Positions 1 through 10,651 are shown, counted from the first letter of the stretch. The stretch: 64,000 bases of DNA from Clostridia bacterium (GCA_045636425.1 JAZTXM010000002.1:93951-157950), one strand, 5' to 3'. Numbers and translations are program-made. The notes: a model not told the origin generated them from the letters alone.

Positions 1-121
1 TAGGCTTTCCGTCAGCAGCAATAACATATACACCCATAGACTGAGCAACACGTACAATATTTGAATCCGCCTCCGTAGAGCCAATGACAAGTATTTTTTT
101 TCCTTTTAGATTATCATACAT
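1..121 (-). CDS. Partial CDS (N-terminal 40 aa only). The start is immediately downstream of the DegT-like gene, and the N-terminus resembles the Rossmann-like N-termini of ATP-grasp ligases (MYDNLKGKKILVIGSTEADSNIVRVA...).
   Basis: Reverse-complement ATG at 119-121 is preceded by GGAGG 9 nt upstream. The ORF runs off the window start. The N-terminus resembles that of the ATP-grasp protein at 15805-17073 (MKTLKGKRLLVISSDGSD...). Not in the ORF track because it is under 60 aa in the window. Confidence 0.35.
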   Translation of the reverse strand, partial: MYDNLKGKKILVIGSTEADSNIVRVAQSMGVYVIAADGKP

Positions 122-138
122 AATTCTTTCCTCCAGAG

Positions 139-1092
139 TCAATCACAAAGGTGATTTTTTACCATCTCAATAATATAGTTCATATCTTCTGCGGTATATC
201 TTTGGTCACATGGGAGAGGTAAAATATTTTTTGCCATATTGTATTCAAGCTGATCCTTGCCGCAAACATCAAAAACATCTGACCAAAGTGTAGGAATATA
301 GATTTTTTTCTTCTGCAATACTGTTCGGATTTCGGAAGCGTTTTCCACATATAACGGGTACATGAACGCCCCCTCACATATAGTTAAACTAAGTCCATTG
401 ATATTTTTAAATTCCGTGTGCAAATCTATAAAATTCTCAGTTCTCCGGATTCTTACGAAATTGTAGTCAATACCTTTAAGCAGATTTTTTGTAAGCTTCG
501 ACATCTGTCTTAACGGTTCATTTGAAAAGCTTGTATTATTCTCAACATATTCACCATAAAACTCTGACGCCCCAGCTTCAAATCTGCCCAAAATATAATG
601 CATTCTATTATATGATAAATCTATCGGTATATCAAAATCAACAAATGCGTCTGTATACAAGTATCCTCCGTCACAAACTCCAAAAAATTTTCTGCACGTA
701 TATAATGTATCAATACCTGAAACAGGCAATCTGAAAAAATCTTGCGCATTGTCAAGAATAATATTTTTATATTTAGCTTTATACAACACAATCTTTTCGT
801 TACTTATCTGACCATAATAGTTTACTATGTAAACCCATGCCTCATTATCGACGTTTTCAATTATCGGTTCAAAACGTTCATTAATATGATAAAATTCATA
901 CTCACATTTACATTTGATGCAACAGTTTTTTATAGAAGAACATAGAAAATACGGAATGTATATACGTTTGATTTTCTTTGCTCTTATCAGGTATTCAAGG
1001 CAATGTCTTCCACTATTTAATGCAAGCGCATTTTTATGATATTCTTCGCCATTAAATCTATCTAATTCAATATAGCCACCGATTTCCCTCAT
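139..1092 (-). CDS. Short divergent DegT/DnrJ/EryC1/StrS-like PLP-dependent enzyme (sugar aminotransferase/dehydratase family)
   Basis: 317 aa. Blocks resemble DegT family motifs (ILDNAQDFF ~ IEDAAQA; C-terminal ...PLPCDQRYTAEDMNYI). Paralogous to the CDS at 13123-14096. Its start overlaps the next gene by 4 nt, indicating an operon. Confidence 0.45.
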   Translation of the reverse strand: MREIGGYIELDRFNGEEYHKNALALNSGRHCLEYLIRAKKIKRIYIPYFLCSSIKNCCIKCKCEYEFYHINERFEPIIENVDNEAWVYIVNYYGQISNEKIVLYKAKYKNIILDNAQDFFRLPVSGIDTLYTCRKFFGVCDGGYLYTDAFVDFDIPIDLSYNRMHYILGRFEAGASEFYGEYVENNTSFSNEPLRQMSKLTKNLLKGIDYNFVRIRRTENFIDLHTEFKNINGLSLTICEGAFMYPLYVENASEIRTVLQKKKIYIPTLWSDVFDVCGKDQLEYNMAKNILPLPCDQRYTAEDMNYIIEMVKNHLCD

Positions 1093-2285
1093 TTTCTTAT
1101 CACATCTATTTCCTTGTAAATATTCTTAAGCAATGCTGACATAGACTTTTTATCTTCAAACTGCATAAATATAATACCCAAAGCCTTATTTGCGCTGTCA
1201 AAGTATTCTATCTCACTGCCTTTTTTAACGTAAATATTTTTCTGTACAATATGGCTGTTTAAATAATTACTGAATTCAATTTTTTCCAGAATCCCTGAAC
1301 TGTCCACATGAATATTATGCGTAGCCAAAAACCTACTCTCTAAACTTTCATCCACAAGTATGTCAAAGTCACCCATTGCACACTTTAAAGTAGCTTCTAC
1401 CATATCAAAGCCTGTTGCCATTTCAAGCAAATCCGGAATCATATTTCCGCCATTACGAGGACCGTTTTCTATTAAGTAAAGTTTATTATCCTTACCAAAA
1501 ATCATCTCAACATTGAAAGCGCCAAACTTGATTTTTAGTGCATCCATTAAACGTTGTTCTGTTTCTTTTATTATAGTCAATTGTTGCTCGGTAATGCTTG
1601 CCGGCCAGCTTTTTCCTACCGGCACAAGCGGATTGACATTTGTATCACGATGACAATCGAGCAATCCCCAGAAAATTATTTTTCCGTCCAGAACAAAAAT
1701 ATCCCCACCAATTACAAACTCATTTGTCCGTTCTATGTACTCCTCAATAATTACTATATTATTTCTGGAAAATTTCATTGCATTATCATACGCTTGTTTA
1801 AGTTCGGAAATATCTTCCACCTTTGTTATACCTTTACTTCCCGAAGAGTCTGAGGGCTTCACCATCAAAGGCAAACTAAAACTATTAATAATTTGCCCAA
1901 CTTCTGAATAAGAAGTAAAGCTTGCCGAGTGCGGACAATTAAATCCATGCTCTTTTAAAAACTTACGAAACAAGTGCTTTTCTGCCAATATTTCCACCGA
2001 TTCATATGAATTAGTAGGAAGTCCCATTTTTTCAGCTACATAAGCTGCCGTTGGTGCTGCCGGATCAGACGCATATGCAACTATTCCGTCAATATGTTCC
2101 TTCAGTGCAACAGCAAGAACTTCCTCCTTGTCTGTTGTGCTGACTTGATAAAAGATATCCGAACAAAACTGTCCCGGATTGTCAGGTAAATAATCACACA
2201 AAACCGTATAATACCCTAATTTTTTTGCTTTTTCTATTGCAACAATCTGTTGTGGCGATCCTCCAAGAAGCATCAATTTTCTCAT
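1089..2285 (-). CDS. ATP-grasp domain carboxylate-amine ligase
   Basis: 398 aa. Pre-ATP-grasp N-terminus (LMLLGGSPQQIVAIEKAKKLGYYTVLCD) and an ATP-grasp core (LMVKPSDSSGSKGITKV...IIEEYIE). Confidence 0.7.
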   Translation of the reverse strand: MRKLMLLGGSPQQIVAIEKAKKLGYYTVLCDYLPDNPGQFCSDIFYQVSTTDKEEVLAVALKEHIDGIVAYASDPAAPTAAYVAEKMGLPTNSYESVEILAEKHLFRKFLKEHGFNCPHSASFTSYSEVGQIINSFSLPLMVKPSDSSGSKGITKVEDISELKQAYDNAMKFSRNNIVIIEEYIERTNEFVIGGDIFVLDGKIIFWGLLDCHRDTNVNPLVPVGKSWPASITEQQLTIIKETEQRLMDALKIKFGAFNVEMIFGKDNKLYLIENGPRNGGNMIPDLLEMATGFDMVEATLKCAMGDFDILVDESLESRFLATHNIHVDSSGILEKIEFSNYLNSHIVQKNIYVKKGSEIEYFDSANKALGIIFMQFEDKKSMSALLKNIYKEIDVIRK

Positions 2286-2290
2286 AGAAA

Positions 2291-3736
2291 CTAACCTCTT
2301 TTTTTCAATATACCTTTAGCCATTGATAAAATGTAGTAGAATGACTCGTTTTTTGATACAAATGACACTATAATATATACACTAGCTCCAACTAATGTCT
2401 GCATCACAATCTGTAATAAATCATTAACATGAATTAAATTCACAAGTAAAACTGATATTATCATAAAAACTAATGGAACTATGCAGTTGAATAAATCTTT
2501 AATTTGCTCGAGATAATTATAATTAATCAATGTTTTATTTGGTCGCGCATTAACAAATGAATTAAAAATCGTGGTAAACATCGCACTGATCGCTATCACA
2601 AGCACACTGTAACGCATTGCAGCAATCAACACCAAAATACCAATGATTTTCTTTATAATTTCGAGTTTAAGAAAAATATCGCTTCTACCCATTGCTTTAA
2701 TTGCCTGAAGGTTCGCCGTATGTATAGGTCTCATAGCCATAACAAAGCACGATATCTGAAGAAATTTGACACACGGAAGCCACTTTTCTGTAAGAAGAAG
2801 CCTTACAAACGGCTCTGACACCAAAGCAAGTCCAATCATAGCCGGCATCATTACATAGCTGCTTATTCTTATCGAACGGCGCACCATTAACTTCACCTGT
2901 CCTTTTTCGTCCTGGGCACTGGACAGGGCAGGAAAAAGCACGCTTTGTATGGAAGAATTGATATTTGTTACTATGAGATTGGGAAAGCTTTTTCCCTTAT
3001 TGTAATATGCAAGGTCAGCCGGTCTGTACATTTTTCCTATAACAAGGCTACGAAGCTCATTGTAGCCTGTTTCAAGAAGTGCCGAACAAAGGATTTTCCA
3101 ACCATAGGAAAAGAGCCCGCCAAGTCTTTTAATGGAAAACAACAGCTTAGGTCTCCACCTTACTGTAAACCAAAGCACAACGGTATCTGTTATCGTGTTT
3201 GTCATATACTGCCCTACAAGTGCCCATACACCAAATCCGTGATAAGCCATCGTTATTCCGACTACTGCTGAGGCAAGCGTACCGCCCAGTGTCGACCAGA
3301 AAAATCTGCGGAACATCATATGCCTTGAAACATATGCATGCTGCACACTGTTAACGCCCGCAACTATAAGTCTAAGCCCCATAACGCGCAAGGTGGGGGT
3401 AAGAATTGGCATTGAATAAAACTTTGCTATAATCGGAGCCGTAAAAAACACCAATATGTATATAACTACCGACATTACAATATTAAAATAAAACACAGAT
3501 GAAAAGTCCGTATCATCGGAATCCTTTTTCTGAATCAGTGAATTACCAAACCCGCTTACAACAAATACATTTGCAAGTGCAATAAAAATATTTATAATTG
3601 CAATAGCACCGTAATGCTGCGGATCAAGAAGCCTCGCAAGCACAATCGAAACAGCAAAAGTTACAATCTGCGCCAGTACTCGTTCTGAAAATTTCCAAAT
3701 GAGTCCGGAAAGAACTTTACCTCTTACATTTTGCAT
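2291..3736 (-). CDS. wzx: Polysaccharide biosynthesis protein / Wzx-type oligosaccharide flippase
   Basis: 481 aa, multi-pass membrane protein with a typical Wzx N-terminus (GKVLSGLIWKFSERVLAQIVTFAVSIVLARLL). Confidence 0.75.
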   Translation of the reverse strand: MQNVRGKVLSGLIWKFSERVLAQIVTFAVSIVLARLLDPQHYGAIAIINIFIALANVFVVSGFGNSLIQKKDSDDTDFSSVFYFNIVMSVVIYILVFFTAPIIAKFYSMPILTPTLRVMGLRLIVAGVNSVQHAYVSRHMMFRRFFWSTLGGTLASAVVGITMAYHGFGVWALVGQYMTNTITDTVVLWFTVRWRPKLLFSIKRLGGLFSYGWKILCSALLETGYNELRSLVIGKMYRPADLAYYNKGKSFPNLIVTNINSSIQSVLFPALSSAQDEKGQVKLMVRRSIRISSYVMMPAMIGLALVSEPFVRLLLTEKWLPCVKFLQISCFVMAMRPIHTANLQAIKAMGRSDIFLKLEIIKKIIGILVLIAAMRYSVLVIAISAMFTTIFNSFVNARPNKTLINYNYLEQIKDLFNCIVPLVFMIISVLLVNLIHVNDLLQIVMQTLVGASVYIIVSFVSKNESFYYILSMAKGILKKRG

Positions 3737-3753
3737 AAAAATCTACTTCCTAA

Positions 3754-4707
3754 TTATTTTAATAATTTTCTTTTCAAATTCAAAAGCCCCGGACTTATAT
3801 ATTTCAGTGTTATTTTCAACCTCTTTTTCAATGGAAGCTTTTTATAATATTCTCTGTACGGAGGTCTTTTCAATTCTTTCAACGTCATTATATCGTGACA
3901 CACTGTGATCGCATTTTTCATTCGTTTTTCATGGATGACTTCCGTATATTTGTAATCAGTGTCTCTGTCTATATCCAGCCACAAAGAATCTGTCTTTTTA
4001 AAGTTATTCACACGAAACTCTTTGTCCTTTTTGTTTCTGGTAGTCCATGAACCATTAACGTTGGTCCTGTAGATTGCCATACAATCTTTAAGATAGAGCA
4101 TGCCACCTCTTAAGGAACCGTGTGTCTGCAACAGGAAATCCATATTTGATTTCTGACGAAAAGCAGGTCTGTCTTTATCAATTTCACTCCTGTAGAACAA
4201 AGAGTTAGTAGCTACAAATCCGCCACCGCCTGAGATAACCTGCTCCACGCTAAAAACTGAATTTTCCTCACAAGCTGAAAAACGTTTTGTAACACTATTT
4301 GTTGAAGCGTCAATTATTTCCGCCTGATGGGCACAGATATCAATCTCCGGATGCTGCTGCATTGCATCATACTGTTTCTGAAGTTTGTAGGGATCTGTCC
4401 AATAATCGTCACCTTCACATACTGCCACGTATTTTCCTTTTACACGAGGAAACTGAAAACTCACACTTATCTTTACACCTTTAGAATATTGGTTTTCAGT
4501 CTGGTAAACAGGCTTTATCAGTTCGGGATACTTTTTTTCATATTCTCTTATAATGTCTGCTGTTTTATCTGTAGATGCATCATCATGTATCAGTACTTCA
4601 AACGGGAAATTCGTCTTTTGCATAATAAAGCCATCAAGTGCATCTTTTATGTATGGTTCGTGATTGTACGCATTGCATATAACGCTTACTGCAATTTCTT
4701 CGTTCAT
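3754..4707 (-). CDS. Family 2 glycosyltransferase
   Basis: VSVICNAYNHEPYIKDALDGFIMQ...VLIHDDASTD is a GT2 signature. Confidence 0.8.
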   Translation of the reverse strand: MNEEIAVSVICNAYNHEPYIKDALDGFIMQKTNFPFEVLIHDDASTDKTADIIREYEKKYPELIKPVYQTENQYSKGVKISVSFQFPRVKGKYVAVCEGDDYWTDPYKLQKQYDAMQQHPEIDICAHQAEIIDASTNSVTKRFSACEENSVFSVEQVISGGGGFVATNSLFYRSEIDKDRPAFRQKSNMDFLLQTHGSLRGGMLYLKDCMAIYRTNVNGSWTTRNKKDKEFRVNNFKKTDSLWLDIDRDTDYKYTEVIHEKRMKNAITVCHDIMTLKELKRPPYREYYKKLPLKKRLKITLKYISPGLLNLKRKLLK

Positions 4708-4754
4708 TTACTTACCTCTTTTCGATTATTAAACCGGAATTTCTATTAATACTA

Positions 4755-5300
4755 TCACTTTAAAGGTTTTAAAATCAATTCTCTGGATTGTGTGACTAAA
4801 GTATTATCGGGAATTTCTCCTTTTACAACACACCCTGCACCAATCACACAGTTTCTACCAATCCGAGTTCCCCGTAATATAATAGCATTTGCCCCAATCC
4901 AAGAATTCTCTCCAACAAACACTTCTGACTTATTAAATCCCTTTATACGACCGGTTTTATCAAATCTATGATCATGATCATAGATTGTTACTCCCGGACC
5001 TAAAGAACAAGAGTTTTCAATGCTTATTTTTTCATGGCAGACAATTGTTACGTTTCTGTTCATTGTTACATTTTTGCCAATATTAATGGTCCCTCCCACT
5101 GTTGCTACATATGAATACTGAGCTATAGAGCTACCTCTGCCTATTGATATTTTTCCGCCCTGCCTTGCAATTATATCTACTTTTTTTCCAAAAGCCACTC
5201 TTTCTTCGCATTTTAATTTTCCAAGCTTCTTTATGACTTTCAAATCTTTTCTCAAAATACCAAAGACTTTTTTTATATAATAACTAAAATCCATATTCAT
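4755..5300 (-). CDS. Hexapeptide-repeat (LbH) acetyltransferase
   Basis: 181 aa with repeated [LIV]G-x4 hexapeptide units (IGKNVTMNRNVTI...IGANAIILRGTRIGRNCVIGAGCVV). Confidence 0.75.
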   Translation of the reverse strand: MNMDFSYYIKKVFGILRKDLKVIKKLGKLKCEERVAFGKKVDIIARQGGKISIGRGSSIAQYSYVATVGGTINIGKNVTMNRNVTIVCHEKISIENSCSLGPGVTIYDHDHRFDKTGRIKGFNKSEVFVGENSWIGANAIILRGTRIGRNCVIGAGCVVKGEIPDNTLVTQSRELILKPLK

Positions 5301-5360
5301 TTTCTCCTCTTATAGCTCAATTGAGGCCCCACTACCAATCACTTTTCAAATGATATAATA

Positions 5361-6284
5361 TCACAACTTTATCATTTCACCTAATTTATAATCCCATTCT
5401 TCCGGCTCCAAGCACACCATTCCGCTGCCCGGAAAGAATGTTAATTCTCCAAAATATATTTTATCGTTAATCTCATAAAAATCAACTCGTAGGAAAGAAA
5501 TTCCCTCCGATAATGTTTTAGCCAGTTCAAGCATTTTTTCTAAGTTTTCAGGTTTTTTGGGTAGCTGTGAAAAAGGCTCATAATCCAATCTTTTAAACGG
5601 AGCCTGTTCCCAATCCAGAGTAACAAAACTTATTCTTGCCGTTGCATGATTTTCCAGGCCCGTTGAAACATAGGCAAATTGCGGTACTCCCCCAAAACAA
5701 TAAAATTTATAATCAGTCAAGCCTTCTTTTGAATTAACATCATCTGTATCTACCATGAATTTCTCTGCGATAATTCTGGGCTTTATATTCTTGTAGGGCC
5801 ACTCTCGGTTCTGCCAGAAATAGTTCCGCTTCATACATTTATCTATTTTTAACTTCGCTGCACTTGCATCAAACAGTTTCTTATCTCTGCATATTACAAG
5901 CCCTCCGCTGTCATGAGTGCATTTGAGGACAAATTGGTCGGGCAAGCTGTCAAAGTCAATTTCCTCAAAACTATCCCATACCCCAAGAAGCGGTATAAGA
6001 TATTCTTCGCCTATTTTTTTCTCTATGTGTTTTCTGACCTCATATTTGTCTGCCATTTTTGTATATTCAGGATTTCTGTCGTGAAGTTTTAACCACTGGA
6101 GCTTTTCGTTAAACGTCTGCGGATTTTTAAGATTCAGTTTTTTTTCCATTTCAAGTCTATATTTCGCAGCGAGGAACACTTTATCAGGAAGAATTCTGAA
6201 TATAGCACATTTGTTTAAAAAAACCTTCATAGCCAGCTTTGGATTAGAAAACGTAAGTTTCAATTTTCTAAACATATTATTCAT
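5361..6284 (-). CDS. TupA-like ATP-grasp protein (teichuronopeptide-type amide-forming enzyme family)
   Basis: 307 aa. Matches the family pattern (LNLKNPQTFNEKLQWLKLHDRNPEYTKMADKYEVRKHI...VLKCTHDSGG). Paralog of the CDS at 9725-10651. Confidence 0.65.
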   Translation of the reverse strand: MNNMFRKLKLTFSNPKLAMKVFLNKCAIFRILPDKVFLAAKYRLEMEKKLNLKNPQTFNEKLQWLKLHDRNPEYTKMADKYEVRKHIEKKIGEEYLIPLLGVWDSFEEIDFDSLPDQFVLKCTHDSGGLVICRDKKLFDASAAKLKIDKCMKRNYFWQNREWPYKNIKPRIIAEKFMVDTDDVNSKEGLTDYKFYCFGGVPQFAYVSTGLENHATARISFVTLDWEQAPFKRLDYEPFSQLPKKPENLEKMLELAKTLSEGISFLRVDFYEINDKIYFGELTFFPGSGMVCLEPEEWDYKLGEMIKL

Positions 6285-7515
6285 CCCCCTCGTTAGACGT
6301 TATCCCACTCTCTGATGGTTTTTTCAATCTGCCTACAGGCAAAAGCAAAAACGCAAGCATTATCCACAATTTTTTATCATAATAAGTAACCATCGCCATC
6401 TCAAGAACTGTTCTGACAACAAGTATAACCAAAAGAAGCCTGCCCTCGCTTGACTTTTCTTTGTTTATATTATTAAATGCAGACAGATACATAGAATAGT
6501 ACAAAAGGAATCCAATAAGTCCTATACCCACAAGAATTTCTATAAAATTATTGTGAGAATACATTCTATATCCACTTACGTACCTGAAGTTATTTACTCC
6601 ATGCCCTATGAGCATTTTTTCCTTAAAAAGCCGCCACCCCGTCCCTATGAATTTCAGTCTTGCCCTGGTAGAACCATCACCGCCGGATTGACCGAGAAGA
6701 GCATTTATACTCTCTTCAAATCTCCTGCGCACCATTTCAAACATTGGCATCTGTATCGCTATATAGAACAAAATCCCTGCAAATAACGTTACCCCAACAA
6801 TTTTATATAGCTGCCTTACTCCATACATTTTGTATACAAGATACAAAATTCCTATGATTGCAATAAGCAATGCTTTTTTTGAGCCACTTGACATAGCACA
6901 TATGAACGAGGAACACATTATAGCAAAATGAAACAGCTTGTGCCTTTTCCTGTACATCATATAATAAAATGCAATAAGCGTTGTCGTAGCGTGATTCATA
7001 CCATACACGTTTGCCTGGCTGATATCACCGCCAAGTCGTTGGGCCTTAGTGGATAACATTGTTTTAATCAAATCACTTACGCCATATGCATAGACCGTAT
7101 ATACTACAAAAGCTATCCCTCCGATATACATTGCACTGATATACTTTTTATACGCATCTTTATTTTCGTAAAAAAGATTGTATACCAAATAGAATAAAAG
7201 GAATATTTGCCACATAGTCTTTATATTTATAAGTGCTAAACGTTGATTCGTCGCCCAAAAGAATGACGCAAATATCCATGAACAGGTAAGATATGCCAGC
7301 ATAAATGACTTGCCGAAATACATTCTTTTTCTTTCCAATATATGAAGCATCGTAAACCCTGCAAAAAGTATAAAAGCTACATATGTGTATATAAGAGCAC
7401 TTTTATCGCTCATAAACAAATAATCTGTTACCATATACACCGCAAAGAAAAACTCCGCCATTCTTAAAACCAAGGTTTTCTTTTGTCTATTTCTCATTTC
7501 AATATTCATTGTCAA
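6277..7515 (-). CDS. wzy: Wzy-type polymerase / O-antigen-ligase-like integral membrane protein
   Basis: 412 aa with more than 10 predicted hydrophobic spans, embedded between glycosyltransferases in a glycan locus. Confidence 0.5.
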   Translation of the reverse strand: MTMNIEMRNRQKKTLVLRMAEFFFAVYMVTDYLFMSDKSALIYTYVAFILFAGFTMLHILERKRMYFGKSFMLAYLTCSWIFASFFWATNQRLALINIKTMWQIFLLFYLVYNLFYENKDAYKKYISAMYIGGIAFVVYTVYAYGVSDLIKTMLSTKAQRLGGDISQANVYGMNHATTTLIAFYYMMYRKRHKLFHFAIMCSSFICAMSSGSKKALLIAIIGILYLVYKMYGVRQLYKIVGVTLFAGILFYIAIQMPMFEMVRRRFEESINALLGQSGGDGSTRARLKFIGTGWRLFKEKMLIGHGVNNFRYVSGYRMYSHNNFIEILVGIGLIGFLLYYSMYLSAFNNINKEKSSEGRLLLVILVVRTVLEMAMVTYYDKKLWIMLAFLLLPVGRLKKPSESGITSNEGDE

Positions 7516-7549
7516 TGTTCCTTACTGTAAAAAGCAATAAATTTTACTA

Positions 7550-8629
7550 TTATATTTCTTCAATAAATCTAAGCAATCTTTTTGCACTATTTGACGCCTC
7601 ATACTGTTCAACAGCAAATTCCCGTGCATTTTTCCCCATTTCAATCGCAGCTTTGTAGTCACTTGCAATTTTCACAATTGCTGCCGCCATACTCTCCGCA
7701 TCACCTACCGGCACTAAAAGTCCGCTTTTCCCGTTTACAATCATTTCAGAGGGTCCCGTCGGGCAATCGGTTGATATACACGGAAGTCCTGTAGCCATTG
7801 CCTCCAAAAGAGCATTGGGCATACCCTCGTGATCAGACGAAAGGATAAATGCATCTGCCTCGGAAAGAGTTTCGGCTATATTATTAGTTCGCCCGCATAA
7901 AGCGATTTTTCCCTGCATTCCAATGCTATCAATATACTGCTCCATCTCCCTCTGCATAGAACCTGCTCCATATATTTTAAGTTCTATGTCCGGGCACCGA
8001 TTTACGGCAAGCTTAAATGCATCACATAAAAGCTTGTGATTTTTTTGTTTTTCAAGTCTTCCGGCGGTCATAAACACCAAAGGAAGAGTGGTTTTATATT
8101 CTTTTTCTATCTGGGTAACAGATGGATGTAAAGGATTTGAGAACACAGCAATCTTCTTTTGCACACGTTCACTAAAACACGCCTTTTGTTCTTCATTTTG
8201 GACAATACAACGTTTTGATAAAGCTATAGATATCTTTCTTGGCAATCTCAGACATATATTCTTAGAACGACTACCGGGATTATTGCGGACAGTTTCTATA
8301 ACATCAGTCTTCAGGAACATACTCGCCGCCGTTGCCAACATTCCGGTATGTGCGATAAATGGTATTACAACATCTATATTATTTTCCTTAAAAACAGAAC
8401 GCATTTTTTTAATTTTGCTGAATATGCTTACCTGCTTTGACTGTGCATAGCTTTCATACAAATAAATTTTTTTCACATCTGCGTAGGTTTCGTATTCCTG
8501 CTCGGTCCTATAAGTGATTATCAAGAATATCTGGTCACTAAGCTTTGAAAGCTCGCTTGACCATATTGATACAACACGTTCTGCCCCTCCGCTCGTTAAT
8601 GAAGGTGTCATCAGAGCAATCCTTTTCAT
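7550..8629 (-). CDS. Family 4 (GT-B, GT1/GT4-type) glycosyltransferase
   Basis: C-terminal E-x7-E region (SSDHEGMPNALLEAMATGLPCISTDCPTGPSEMIVNGKSGLLVP). Confidence 0.85.
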   Translation of the reverse strand: MKRIALMTPSLTSGGAERVVSIWSSELSKLSDQIFLIITYRTEQEYETYADVKKIYLYESYAQSKQVSIFSKIKKMRSVFKENNIDVVIPFIAHTGMLATAASMFLKTDVIETVRNNPGSRSKNICLRLPRKISIALSKRCIVQNEEQKACFSERVQKKIAVFSNPLHPSVTQIEKEYKTTLPLVFMTAGRLEKQKNHKLLCDAFKLAVNRCPDIELKIYGAGSMQREMEQYIDSIGMQGKIALCGRTNNIAETLSEADAFILSSDHEGMPNALLEAMATGLPCISTDCPTGPSEMIVNGKSGLLVPVGDAESMAAAIVKIASDYKAAIEMGKNAREFAVEQYEASNSAKRLLRFIEEI

Positions 8630-8659
8630 TCAATCTCTTCCTCTCTTTTTAAGTTTCAC

Positions 8660-9721
8660 TTATAACCCTATAACCTTAGCCCACAAATTTATTATGTTTT
8701 CGGTTTTGAATTTTTCCACACTTTTCTTGCCATTTGCCGAAATTTTATCACGCAAGCTTTCATTTTCTATCAAACTGACAATCGCTTTTTCCAGAGCATT
8801 CTCATCCCCTACCGGAACAAGAAGTCCGTTTTCGCCGTTTACTATAACTTCATCCGAGCCTGCACATTCGGTAGAAACACACGCAAGCTCCATCATCATC
8901 GCTTCCAGAAGAGCATTTGAAAGCCCCTCGTAATTTGAAGACAGAACAAAAATCTGTGCATCATTTATTTCCTGATGGAGACCGGCGACATTTCCTTTAA
9001 GAAAAACGTTGTTTTCAACATTCAGATGTTTTATATGTTCCTGCAATTCTGCACGCAACTTTCCTTCGCCATATATTTCCAGTACATAATTGGGATACTT
9101 CTTGCAGACTTTCGCAAAACTGCTGATCAGCATTTTATGATTCTTTTGTTTTTCCAATCTTCCTGCACTTACTATTTTATTCTTTTTTATTTCAGCAACA
9201 TCCTGGCTTACCTGCACGGGATTGCCTATCACAACAGACTTACGCTGTATTTTTTCGGAATAAAACTTCTTAGCTCTTTCAGTTTGAAAAACAACACAAT
9301 CGCAGCGCTTATAAAAGAAATTTATTGCCTTTTGAATAACCATATTTCTCTTTACCGCACCTGGGTCTATTCTCTCGCTTGTAATATGCCTTACCTTTGC
9401 AAGCTTGCAGGCAATATCTGCTACGGGGCAGTTTTCAGCAATGAATGAAACAACCACATCGGGTTTTATTTCCTTCAGCTGCTTTATCAACTTGAATAGC
9501 ACCGTACCCAATTGCTTTTTGAAACTTTTCTTATCATCGGACAAATTCAGGATTTTTATTTTTTCATCCAGGGCGTAACCTACTTTGTTGTGCCAAAGCA
9601 TTATTATGGTTACGTCCCATCCGATATTTGCATAATAATTACTTAAGATTGAAACGACGCGTTCTGCTCCTCCTCGTCCCATAGATGTAACTACGAAAGC
9701 TAATTTTTTATTTTCTGTCAT
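8660..9721 (-). CDS. Family 4 glycosyltransferase
   Basis: SSNYEGLSNALLEAMMMELACVSTECAGSDEVIVNGENGLLVP. Confidence 0.85.
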   Translation of the reverse strand: MTENKKLAFVVTSMGRGGAERVVSILSNYYANIGWDVTIIMLWHNKVGYALDEKIKILNLSDDKKSFKKQLGTVLFKLIKQLKEIKPDVVVSFIAENCPVADIACKLAKVRHITSERIDPGAVKRNMVIQKAINFFYKRCDCVVFQTERAKKFYSEKIQRKSVVIGNPVQVSQDVAEIKKNKIVSAGRLEKQKNHKMLISSFAKVCKKYPNYVLEIYGEGKLRAELQEHIKHLNVENNVFLKGNVAGLHQEINDAQIFVLSSNYEGLSNALLEAMMMELACVSTECAGSDEVIVNGENGLLVPVGDENALEKAIVSLIENESLRDKISANGKKSVEKFKTENIINLWAKVIGL

Positions 9722-9724
9722 TTC

Positions 9725-10651
9725 CTATTTTCCTCTTTTTCTGCGTTTTTCAGGCAAAACAAAGTTTTTTCCCATTTCAAAATCGAATTCGTCAGGTACA
9801 AACCGAACATATCCGCTGGCATTAAAAAACGTAAGCTCTCCAAAAACAACTTTTCTGTCTATATTGTAGAAATCAACTCTTGCGTGAGGAAAGGGTGCAG
9901 AAAGAATTTCTGCATACTCCACCATTTTTTCATAGTTTTCGGGTTTTTGGGGTTGATTTTCCATAGGTGCAAAATCGGCACGTCTTACAGGAAGAAGATT
10001 AAAATCTCTGTCAAAAAAGCCCATTACGCCCGCAGCATGATTTTTGGTGTAATTCTCCATCTTGTAAGAGTAATGCACCTTTCCATTAAAACAGAAGAAC
10101 TTATAGTCGTGTAAGTCGCCGCTTTCATCGTTTTTCAAAAGGCGCTCAATTATTACACGATGTTTTCTGTTTTCGTAAACCCACTCACGCCCCGAAGATT
10201 TTTTATTCGTCGGTTTTTCAAGCCATGAAAGCATAGTGTTTCTTAACTTACCTAAATCCTCGTTGTCTTTGTTTTCGACCAGCACAACAGAATTCCCTCC
10301 GCCGCCAAGGGTATCTTTTACAACAAACGCCCCGGGAAGTTTTTCAAAATCAATGTCATCTGTTGAAGTGAATACGCCATAACATTCGTTAAGTATTTCT
10401 TCCAGGCCACACTCTTTGACATAATTTCTCACATCGGCTTTGTCACTACACACAGCCATCAGTTCTTCTTTATAATTTAATTTATACCACTGAATCTTTT
10501 CACTGTATCGCTGAGGATTTTTTAAATTCAGTTTTCTGCCTAGCTTTATAAAGTATTGAAATCTGACCATTGCGGAGTCGGGAACAAAACTGAACATTTT
10601 CAGAATTTTTATTCTTAAGTTTCTGCTTTTCAATATGTTTTTATAGTTCAT
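9725..10651 (-). CDS. TupA-like ATP-grasp protein (second paralog)
   Basis: 308 aa. LNLKNPQRYSEKIQWYKLNYKEELMAVCSDKADVRNYV...VVKDTLGGGGNS. Same architecture as 5361-6284. Confidence 0.65.
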   Translation of the reverse strand: MNYKNILKSRNLRIKILKMFSFVPDSAMVRFQYFIKLGRKLNLKNPQRYSEKIQWYKLNYKEELMAVCSDKADVRNYVKECGLEEILNECYGVFTSTDDIDFEKLPGAFVVKDTLGGGGNSVVLVENKDNEDLGKLRNTMLSWLEKPTNKKSSGREWVYENRKHRVIIERLLKNDESGDLHDYKFFCFNGKVHYSYKMENYTKNHAAGVMGFFDRDFNLLPVRRADFAPMENQPQKPENYEKMVEYAEILSAPFPHARVDFYNIDRKVVFGELTFFNASGYVRFVPDEFDFEMGKNFVLPEKRRKRGK

